The position numbers were made by a program, and so were the translations under genes. Positions 24,001 through 33,754 of a stretch of 64,000 nt of DNA are shown here, in pieces (the stretch's first letter is position 1; the number at the start of each line of letters is the position of its first letter). The notes beneath the pieces were generated by a model, which ran no database searches, had not been told where the DNA came from, and was given only the letters and a program-made list of their open reading frames with translations. The stretch lies in the NCBI GenBank assembly GCA_964035545.1, contig OZ037765.1, positions 11,728,698 to 11,792,697 of the forward strand, in the 5' to 3' direction. This DNA comes from Bugula neritina. Its lineage: Eukaryota > Animalia > Bryozoa.

Positions 24001-27000
24001 CTGCAAAAGTAGAATTATTGTTAGATCGCGGTGGATCTTTACAACATAATTCTAGTGACTGTCGACTGTTACTAGCCTGAGAGTCACAACTTTTGGAATG
24101 CACTCGAAGAACCAGTGAATCATGTGTGGACTGACCAAGAACAGTGTCTAGCTCCAGGTCTAACAGACCGTCGGCCATTACAGTGTCTTCATCGTCATTC
24201 ACGTGAAACGTGGTTCCCAGTAATTCTGATTCAATCTGGTGAATTAGTTCAGAATTTACTGGCATCGAGCCCGTTTCCATGGATAGGAATACAAGACTTA
24301 TACTGGCCTTACCTGTGAACTCGGTATTAATGTCCATACTCAACGTTCTTGGTAAGATTGGAGCTGGTTGTGAGATACGTCTGCCTTTGGCGATGTCAGC
24401 GTAAGAAAAGGCTGAGCATCGTTTCTGAGGCACGAGGTCGGAACTATTTGCTTTACGCGCATTAATTCCTCCCACTATTCCGCCCTCGCAAAAGTTGATA
24501 TTTGCGTGGGGTTCACAACTCCAACATTTTATCGTACGGTTTTCCCCTAGACTTTCATGCGTGCCGCTTTTAATGCAGTCACATACGAAGTCTTTTAAAT
24601 ATGGTGGGGGTTTCCTCGTACGCTGTCCCCGTTCTAGGGGGGGTGATACGCTCGCCGGTTTATTAGTAGGGGCCTCTAATGGCATCTCTACTTCACCGTT
24701 AGCGGTCACCTCTTCTTGTTCTCCGGATGGAGCCCCTCCCTCCGTGGGGGTTTGCACTTCCGGAACCGGCTCGGTTTCTGGAAGTGATGGAATTAGACTT
24801 GGCGGTGGCGGACACGCTTCTGTTGACAAAAGCTGTCGCTCCTCTCTCACCAAGTTTTCCTCCCGCGGTATGACTACTTCGTATTCAGGTCCATGCCGCC
24901 GTCGCCCGCGTGTTGTTGTCTGCCTCCTGGGCTCCAACAACGGGGGGGCTTCTCCCACTGCGTCGGGGCTAGCCCAATACGGCTTCAAGCGAGACTCATT
25001 CTGGATAGACACCTGTCCTGAGCGCTCAATCTTGTACGTATGGTTGGGCATAGCCTCGACGATCACGTAGGGTCCCATGAACTTAGGCTTTAATTTGTCA
25101 GCTTGCCCGCGACGCCTACGGTAATTGACCATCCACACCTTATCTCCCGTTTGGTAGAGAGGTGGTTCCTCGGAATCTTTGTGCCGCACCTTCCACTGCT
25201 GTTGGCGCAGTATATCGTGTGCGGCCTTCATCCGTTCCACTAGTTCACTGGCATACTCGTGAACCGAGTTGTCTTGCTCTGGAACGTGGTAGGTAAGATG
25301 GTCAGGGACACGAGTCTCTCTCCTGAGCATCAAGAGGTTTGGGGTCTCACCAGTACTGGTGTGTGGGGTGCTACGGTATGCACGCATGACTTGCGGCAAC
25401 ACTGTATCCCATTCCTCTTGGCCGCGTCCAAGGAGGAGACTCCGGAGCGCATCACCTAGCATCCGGTTGTTGCGCTCCACCACCCCGTTACCTTGAGGGT
25501 GGTAGGGGGTGGTCCGGCTCTGATTTACTCCCCAGAGGTGGCAAAGGTCGCTCATCAGTTGAGACTGGAACTGAGCGCCTTGATCAGAGTGTATCTGTTC
25601 GGGGAGACCAAAATAACAGAATACATGTTGGTCTAATGCCCTGGCCACTGTTGGGGCTGACGCATCTGGGATTGCCAGAGCATCCGCCCACCTAGTAAAG
25701 TGGTCGGTCAGTACTAAGATCCAACTATTGCCTCTGGGGGTCAGGGGCATGGGTCCGACCAGGTCTACAGCGACTACTTGCCAGGGCCTTCCAGCATATA
25801 GCCTCCGCCGTCTCGCTTCACCAGGGGGACGGCTATGCTTACTGGCCTGGCAGATCTCACACTGTTTGACTCTGAGTCGGGCGTCACGCTCCATTTGTGG
25901 CCAATACCACCGGAGCCGTAATTTGGAGATCACTCTCTTGACCCCTGCGTGGGCCTGTTTGTGAGTGTCCCAAATCAGCTCACGGCGGATGGCAGTGGGA
26001 CAGACCACCCTCTTCCTTTCCGGGTGTCTGCCGCTGGCAGCTAGAGAAATGGTTAGTAACCCATCCTGCCCGATCCGCAGCGAGTCCCAACGCTGGCAGT
26101 ATAGCCGGAACTCGGCGCATCCCTGTTTTATGCGTTCCTCGCTGGGTCGTCGCCCTTCCTTTTTGGCCCGATATATGTCTGCCACTACTCCAGGCAGCTC
26201 TTCTTGGAGCTTCTTCAGCTCTCGGACATTATCGGCCAGTACAGGGTTGGCGCGGAGGTTTTGTACAACCTCCGGGGACTCGTCAATCTCCTGTCTGAGT
26301 TGACCCTGGTCCCAGTCAAACGGTGCTCCGTGGTGAGCCAGCGTCTCCAACTCACATCGCGGGGGACCTCCGTCCCTTCTCTCGATGTTGAGACACTGTT
26401 TGCAACCTCCATCAGGTCGGCGGCTCAAGCCATCCGCATTGCTGTGTCTCCTGTCCGGTCGATGTTCGATCCGGTAGGAGAATTCAGCTAGGATTTCGAG
26501 CCACCGGGCGACCTGACTGGAGGGCTCTGCTCTCTTGCACAACCAGATCAGCGAGGCATGATCCGTACGCAGCCAGAACTTCCTGCCGTATAAGTATGGT
26601 CTGAAGTGCTTCACTGACTTGATTACCGCCAGCAGCTCCTTGCGGGTAGTGCAGTAATTTCGTTCAGCGGGTGAGAGAGACTTGCTGTAGTGGGCTACTA
26701 CTACCTCTCGGCCTTCCTGCACTTGAGACAGCACAGTGCCAACATTTTGGTCACTGGCGTCCGTGTCGAGGATGTACTCCAGAGTGGGGTCTGGGTAGGC
26801 CAAGATGGGCGCCGTTAGTAGGCAGCCCTTGAGGCGGTCGAACGCTTCTTGTTCGACTGGGGTCCACTGCCACATCACTCCCTTTGCGGTGAGCCGGTTT
26901 AACGGCTGCGCTATGCCCGCAAAGTCTGGTATGTATTGCCTGTAATACCCTACCAGCCCCAAGAAAGCCCGGAGTCCGGTCAAGTCTTGGGGGGTGACCC

Positions 27001-28872
27001 AGTCTTTTATCGCCCGTACCTTTTCGGGATCCGTTGCCACACCGTTTCGACCGACAACGTGCCCCAGGTACTTGACCTCCGGCTGCAATAGAGCGCACTT
27101 GGAAGGTTTGAGCTTAAGACCGGCACCTCGGAGTCTCTTGAAAACCTCCTGCAGACGACTGACATGCGTCTCGAAGTCTGGGGAGATCACGATGACATCA
27201 TCGAGGTAGACCAGCAGTGTCTTCCAATGGAGCCCGCTAAGAACTTGCTCCATCAGCCTCTGGAAGGTGGCTGGGGCGGAGGTTAACGCGAAGGGCAGCA
27301 CCTTCCACTTCCACAACCCGTCCCCTGTGATAAACGCCGCTTTCTCTCGGGCGTCGGGACTCAGACGGACTTGCCAGTAGCCACTCAGCAAGTCTAACGT
27401 ACTGAAGTACTTGCTGCCGGCTAGGGCGTCCAATGACTCGTCAATACGAGGTAGAGGGTAGGCGTCCTGTATGGTTACGTTATTGAGTTTGCAGTAATCC
27501 ACACAGAACCGCCAACTGCCGTCTTTCTTCCGGACCAGTACGACCGGCGAGCTCCACGCACTATGGGCGGGCTCTATCAGTCCCCGGTCCAGAAGATCCC
27601 GTACTTGTCGGCTAACCTCCTTCTCTTTCTCCGGCCCCAGCCTATGTGTGGGTTGGCGGACAGGGACTGTCCCTGCAGTCAGCGGTATTTCGTGTCTGAC
27701 AACTCCAGTCAGCCCCACGTCATGATCTCCGCTGCTAAACACATCACCGTAGTCGCGTAGCAACTTCGCCATCGCTTGGCGTTCCTTGTTGCTCGCGCAG
27801 CCGCCACAGGCTGTTTCATATAACTCCCGGAGATGTGCTGGGACTGCCCCTCGTCCCTGAATAGGGTGTCGAGGGGGCGTCTCCGTCGCGTCACCCAGCG
27901 ACGGGCCCACGTCCTCTTCCTGGACGGAGTGGAACCGGCCCAGCATTGACCCAGCTGGGAGCTCAATGGGCTCGGTAAAGGGGTTGACACACTACACTAA
28001 GACCTCCCCTCGTTCAGTTAGTCGGTTTAAACTACTAGCGAGTTGGATCCTTTCGTGCGCGCCTTCAACGACCCCGAGCCTGGCTATCCGGTTGCTGTTC
28101 ACTCGGCAGTGGATAGTAGCTCTGGAGCGTCCGGGCACGGTGCAGTTTCGCACTACCTGAACACCGCCCACCAGAGGACGCCCAAACTTATCCACACAGG
28201 CGAGTTCTCGCCCGCCCATCAGCACCACCGACTTGCTGAAGTCTATTCGGCACTGGTGTTGCTTCAAGAAGGGCATTCCGAGGATAGCATCTTCCTCCAG
28301 TTGGCTTATGAGAAAAGTCTCCTGTACAGCCTGGTCTCGGACACGCCCAGGGAGCTCGATAATACCGTAGAATGGAATACATGACCCGTCTGCCAGGGTG
28401 CCATGTTCCCCCGTATACGGTCGTACTCTATCCCTGTCCCGGCGGGGCAGTGCCTCAAAGACTCTACGACTGAGAAGATTAGTAGTACAACCGGAGTCGA
28501 GCAGGAAAGTGACGGCGTTGCCGGCCACCTTTCCGGGTAGGAAATAGCTCTCTCCATGTGGTTGTACTTTCACCCCCCCCGCATGTGCTGTCCTAGATTG
28601 GTAGGACGGCGGGGGTTTCACCCGTGGTTTACGAGGTTTCCGGCGGCAAGGTTGGTGCCGGCGGGGTTTGGGGCTCTCCACTGGGCCTTCCGGCTCCATT
28701 TCAGTGGCGGGCTCCTCCTCCTGAGGTAACCGGTTCCACCGGTTGGCGAGTGGCAGGGAGAAGGTACTTGGCCGTTGTGAGGGCCTGCTAGTCCTGCGTG
28801 GTACCTGCCACTCGGGGGGAGTGTTCCGTCGTGTCCGTACGGACAGACGACGGCGTGTCCCACCAGACTCTT

Positions 28873-29742
28873 TCAGTTGCGGCCCGCGGGGAGGGAGAGC
28901 GTCCGCGGGCCGTGACAGTTTAACGCCCCCTGGTATTGGGGTCGTCCTTTCTGTCCATGGTCCTGACCAGCACTACTCCAGCCCTGCCTCACAGGTGTTG
29001 GGGGCAACCGCAGGGCCTGACCGGGGCCAGCGCCGGCCAGAATTGTTACCAGCTGTCCCAGCATCTCTACCATACGGTCCACTTCGGCTTCCAGCGGGGG
29101 GGGGGCTTTGGGGCCTGTCGTGGCCCTGGCAGCACTGACTCCAACTACTGGTGGGTTCCGTTGTGCTCGATGCATTTGGGTAGCCAACAGGTAAGCTTCT
29201 CCAGCCTTCAGGGCATCCTCTATTCTGGTTATCCCTTTAGCTCGAAGTTGATGGTGTAGGCCCAGGTCGTTTAGTGACTGGACAAAGGCGTCGTATGTGT
29301 AACGCTCTTGGGGTGGCACTGGTAGGTCACCATACGCAATCTGTGCCAGCTTCTTCACCGTCGCGGCATGTTCTTGCAGCGAGGTCCGCGGGGTGCGGCA
29401 CAATCTCTGTAGCTTGGTCCTAGCGTCTATTGCGGAGATGCCAAAACGGGCCCGCAGCGCAGCCAGTATCCCGTTTACGTCCGTTCCCACTCCGTACGGC
29501 TTGGCTTGCTCCGTCAACGCTCTCCGCAATTGGATAAGGGCCACTCTATGCGGCCATTGAGCAATATCCATTACCTCACTAAACTCTTGTATAAACTGTT
29601 CGACATCTTCTGACCCAGTAAAGGTGGGAGCTTTCAAGCAATATCTATAAGCTTCTTCTCCCTCACGATTCACAGGATTAACATCATTTCTACGCTCACC
29701 TTCTACTGGGGGTGGTTGCATTCTAGCATTTTCAGTCTCCAT
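28873..29742 (-). CDS. gag: Element A gag, zinc knuckle degenerate
   Basis: ATG at 29742 (METENARMQPPPVEGERR); homologous to element B gag (LKAPTFTG..VEQFIQE, ARFG.SA.DAR..LQRL, DLGLHHQ). Confidence 0.9.
   Translation of the reverse strand: METENARMQPPPVEGERRNDVNPVNREGEEAYRYCLKAPTFTGSEDVEQFIQEFSEVMDIAQWPHRVALIQLRRALTEQAKPYGVGTDVNGILAALRARFGISAIDARTKLQRLCRTPRTSLQEHAATVKKLAQIAYGDLPVPPQERYTYDAFVQSLNDLGLHHQLRAKGITRIEDALKAGEAYLLATQMHRAQRNPPVVGVSAARATTGPKAPPPLEAEVDRMVEMLGQLVTILAGAGPGQALRLPPTPVRQGWSSAGQDHGQKGRPQYQGALNCHGPRTLSLPAGRN
28880..28924 (-). promoter_or_regulatory. Predicted -1 frameshift signal of element A (G_UUA_AAC, 5-nt spacer, 10-bp GC hairpin)
   Basis: Heptamer 28924-28918; stem CGGCCCGCGG/CCGCGGGCCG; the -1 frame is in frame with the protease ORF at 28699. 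Confidence 0.75.
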
Positions 29743-29756
29743 CTTTGATGTACACA

Positions 29757-29775
29757 AATCCCACCGCTGCCACCA
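29757..29775 (-). promoter_or_regulatory. Primer-binding site of element A, tRNA-Leu
   Basis: Plus strand AATCCCACCGCTGCCACCA equals the 3' end plus CCA of animal tRNA-Leu(AAG/UAG); 1 nt from the LTR. Confidence 0.9.
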
Positions 29776-29776
29776 C

Positions 29777-30075
29777 TGTTATGCTTTTCAGAATTAGGGT
29801 CGATGTGCAATCAAGAGAGTCTATTTATTACTAGAGAAACTTCACCGTGATGAGTCGAGTAGATATCGTTATATTTGAATACAAGATTACATAATAAAAT
29901 CTAATACACAACAGTTAATAATACACACGTCTATTTAATTTACAGCAATATCCTCAACTGGGCTAGTAGCGCGAAGCTGCTACTATTATTTATAAGCAGC
30001 TTAGCTAATTGGCTAATACATCGTTCCGGGTCAATACGCAACCTTGCGTATTGTGTTGCTGGTAGCTCCACCACA
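29777..30075 (-). repeat. Element A 5' LTR
   Basis: 299 bp, TG...CA; minus-strand CCAAT, TTATAAA TATA-like box, hairpin TAGTAGC/GCTACTA, AATAAA. Confidence 0.95.
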
Positions 30076-30891
30076 ATACTAAACTAATAGCTAATGCTTA
30101 TGCAGTCTTAAGATTTTTGCAAAGTTGCACAATGTAAAAATTTAATTAAATGGAAAAAAGATGTTATGCAATATTATATATTTTTTGCTGATATTAATGC
30201 AGCACTATTAAATTTTGCACAATTAGTCAAGTTTGAACAAATAGATTGGAAAAAATTGACGAAATTCATGATTTTGAATTGAAAAGATCTTATTAAATGT
30301 TGCCATAAATCTGTAATCATATATAATGAGTGTTTAAATTTATATTTTGTTTTAGAAGAGCTTGCATGTAGCAAAAATACATTATATCATAAGTCTGTTA
30401 AACTATGATATAATGTATTATAGTTTTATTCAATCAGCAATTGGTTTAGTCTTAAAGCTGCTTAGGAGAAAAAGGCAAAATGGGCGAAATTTTTGTTATG
30501 AAACATCAGCAAGAAGTGATAGACTGGTCAAACCAGTGTTCTCATATTGAGTTGCAACTTAACAAATAAATTTGCATAAATTAAAATACACAATATATTG
30601 AAACTATGCAAAAATAACAAAATTTTAACCACCATTCAAGTTATTTTGATTATTAAAAGTTTTTGCAAGACAGTGATAACATGGTGTTTACCTTGTATAT
30701 AAAATACTTGTCAGCTGGTCTCTTTGATATTTAATTCTTGCGACGTTTGTATATGAGAGATTTTTGTTTTGTGGGTAAAGCTTTATTTTAGTGAAAACAC
30801 TCAGCGTCTGCTGTGCATGGTCAGAAGTTTCTAAGCAGCCATAAAGCTAGGTTGTAAAATCTTTTTAACCTAATTATGCATTTGTCTGTAT

Positions 30892-31027
<136 letters not shown>

Positions 31028-32319
31028 TTTAGATATCCACCTCAACCTCACAAACGAGATATACCAACCATATAACAAACCAAGGCCACAAAGAAGGACA
31101 TATGCAACATTTTCAAGCAATATGGATTAGGAATCACAATTGAGGCAAATAAAAAGACAGTAAATTTTTTAGATATCCACCTCAACCTCACAAACGGGAT
31201 ATACCAACCATATAACAAGCCAAACAATATCCCCACATATGTTCATGCAAAATCCAACCACCCACCATCTATTACTCGCAACATTCCAGAATCCATAAAT
31301 AGACGACTCTCATCCATCTCATCCAACTCCACCACATTCAACAACAACACAGCAATCTACCAACAAGCACTCATTAAAAGCGGATACAATCATAAGCTAA
31401 ATTTTCACACACCCGCAGAGGTCACAAAGAAACCAAATCGTAGAAGGAAGGTAACATGGTTTAACCCTCCTTTTAGTAAAAACGTAACTAATAACATCGG
31501 AAAAGAGTTTATCAAAATCATCAGCGAGGAGTTTCCTCCAAGCCATGAACTCTACAGAATTTTTAATAGGAAAACATTAAAACTGTCATATAGCTGCATG
31601 CCCAACATAGCAGCAATCATAAATGGTCACAATAAGAAAGTATTGAAATCAGAAGAACATGAACACCACACAAAGCCATGTAACTGCAAAACTAAAAACA
31701 ATTGCCCACTGAGTGGCCAGTGCTGCACTGAGGCTGTCGTTTACCAGGCAACAGTCACAAACAACAACAACACAGCAGTAGAGACATACGTGGGACTAAC
31801 CCAGAACCAGTTCAAGTATCGATACAATAACCACACAGCCAGCTTCAAAAACACCAGTAAACAAAACTCTACTGAGCTGAGCAAATATATCTGGAAATTA
31901 AAGAACAATAATATAGCTTATGAGATAAAGGGGAAAATTCTAGCCAGAGCACAACCATGCAACAAGCAGTCACCACTCTGCAAGCTGTGCCTGCTAGAAA
32001 AATACTTTATAATTTGCAAGCCACATCTATCCTCACTCGACAGCCGTAATGAGATCATAACAACATGCAGGCACGCTAGAAATCTCCTCCTAGAGAATGT
32101 GACTTGACATTTTAATCTCTTAATTACTTTTATTCCATCTATTTATGTATTTTAATCCATTGGCTTTATAGCTTTTACACACATTTCTCATACATATATA
32201 TAGTATGTTTTTATTCTTGTTACACTACATCTTAACATTTTATCTGAAGATTGTGTACATTCAATGCACATGAAACTAGTAGTAATAAAGTGTTTTAAAT
32301 CAAATTTTATCGTTCATTA

Positions 32320-32323
<4 letters not shown>
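31028..32323 (+). mobile_element. 5'-truncated Penelope-like retroelement with C-terminal GIY-YIG endonuclease, inserted in (TA)n
   Basis: Open frame ~31085-32107 encodes the RT end (GITIEANKKTVNFLDIHLNL), thumb (YVHAKSNHPPSI, WFNPPFS), CNC...CPLSGQC linker, VVY...YVGLT..FKYRY..H GIY-YIG and CKLCLLEK. (TA)n on both sides. Confidence 0.9.
32234..32294 (+). ncRNA. Minimal type I hammerhead ribozyme in the 3' region of the Penelope-like element
   Basis: Stem I aacattttat/ataaagtgtt; core CUGAAGA (32244-32250); stem II tgtgta/tgcaca; GAAA (32272-32275); tiny stem III containing the palindrome ACTAGT; GUA cleavage triplet at 32282-32284. Confidence 0.8.

Positions 32324-32353
<30 letters not shown>
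32324..32353. repeat. (TA)n microsatellite, right flank of the Penelope-like element
   Basis: About 15 TA units. Confidence 0.95.
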
Positions 32354-32356
<3 letters not shown>

Positions 32357-33754
32357 GAAATGAAGCTTGGTCAACCCACACCTGTCATCAGTGAATTCTA
32401 CAAACAATCTATCAATTCATCATAACTTGCTAAATTCTGCCTAATTGTTAACACAGCATTTTTTGTAAGTAAAACCAATTTCACTTTGACATCAACTTAT
32501 TAACCAGCTTAAAATATTTGTGAAGCATTTATTGATTAGTCAGGTCACTCAGGTTGGTAAACTGTCAATGATGTTAATTAAATTGATTTTTATATTTCAT
32601 TTGGATTCTGCTCAGTTCATAACTGTTCAAAAATAACACAAGAATTAACAAAATGCAAGCGTTAGGAAGTCAAAACAAAAAGCTAGTAAGACTATTTGTT
32701 ACTGCAAAAGATTCAAAAGCCGTTTTTCCGTTGAGGCTATGTAGTATTGTAAGTGTGACAATAACTTAATCAAGTTTTCTAACTAATACACCTTCTTGAT
32801 AAGTTTTATGAACCACCAAATAGGGCAAATTTAAAATATACAACTTAAATTTCCAGTACCCATCTAAAGATGAAAAGTGAACATGATGGCATGCCTAATT
32901 ATTTGACTTTAAACTATTTTATGGTTAAAAAGGACAGCAATTGTTGCCATCTATAGTTTGTAAAACAAATTTTAAGGACCTTAGCCATAAAAATTCTGGA
33001 AAATTTTAATCTTAATGCTTACAACTTAGTATGTGGTTAATAAGAGTGATGAAGTCAAGCAGAGTAGGTGACACAAAACTATTTATTGTTACAAATACAA
33101 TGTTGAAAATAAAGATGGACTACATGAACCAAAGTGCTATGAAAATAATTATATAAACAAAATGATTTGTGCAAAACTTTCACAAAGTAAGATTGTCAAT
33201 ATTATATTGCTTCAAAAATGTAACATTACATGTTGTTAATAATTGTTGCAGAAAAATAATTATAAGTGCATATATATTTAAAAACTTAAGTTTTAGTTAA
33301 TAAAGCTATTTGAAAATCAAGAGAGAAAACCATTCATTCAAGTATAGAATAGTATGATTAATTAGTCATAATGGACCAAGTTATTATTATACTTTACATT
33401 AAAATGTATGGGGTGTATTATAAAAGTTATCATATGCTAATAAAATAAAATGTCAACAAAAACTAGCTATTATTGTAGTACATTTCTAATACTAATGAAT
33501 TTAGCAAATGACTTGGCAAAAATGCTAACATTTGCTATGAAAGTTGATGTCATAAAGTAAATGAAGATTAACAAATTGCGTTCCATATTAAATACTACAG
33601 TTGCTAACTAGGACATGTTATATCTAGGATAGGCCGAGTGAAAAATCATTCTGAATGTGGATTGTGCTGAAGAGATACGGCTTGGTATAGCTTATGGACG
33701 GATAGAACTTAAAGTAAACCAATAGTTATTAATGGAACTAAAATAAATGTCATG

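Larger units (their letters stand above)
23207..28924 (-). pseudogene. pol: Element A pol (PR-RT-RH-IN plus C-terminal extension) with one in-frame TAG between protease and RT
   Basis: The frame is open from the slippery site at 28924 through the LLDSG protease. TAG at 27994-27992 corresponds to CAG in element B. A 1579-aa ORF follows with YLDD, RNase H and integrase motifs. Confidence 0.92.
15139..30075 (-). mobile_element. Ty3/Gypsy LTR retrotransposon A (outer element), with its 3' LTR interrupted by element B
   Basis: TG...CA LTRs at 29777-30075 (5') and 15139-15286 + 22772-22929 (split 3'). 4-bp TSD ATAC at 15135-15138 and 30076-30079. PBS, PPT, gag, and PR-RT-RH-IN domain order. Confidence 0.95.

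Noticed and set aside
27992-27994. Programmed stop-codon read-through in element A pol
   Set aside because: Element B has CAG at the same codon, so a single C->T mutation is the simpler explanation.
15906-29259. Many plus-strand ORFs duplicated in both retroelements (e.g. 17146-17673 and 24495-25070)
   Set aside because: Antisense shadows of GC-rich pol and gag; their duplication follows from pol identity and they have no independent motifs.
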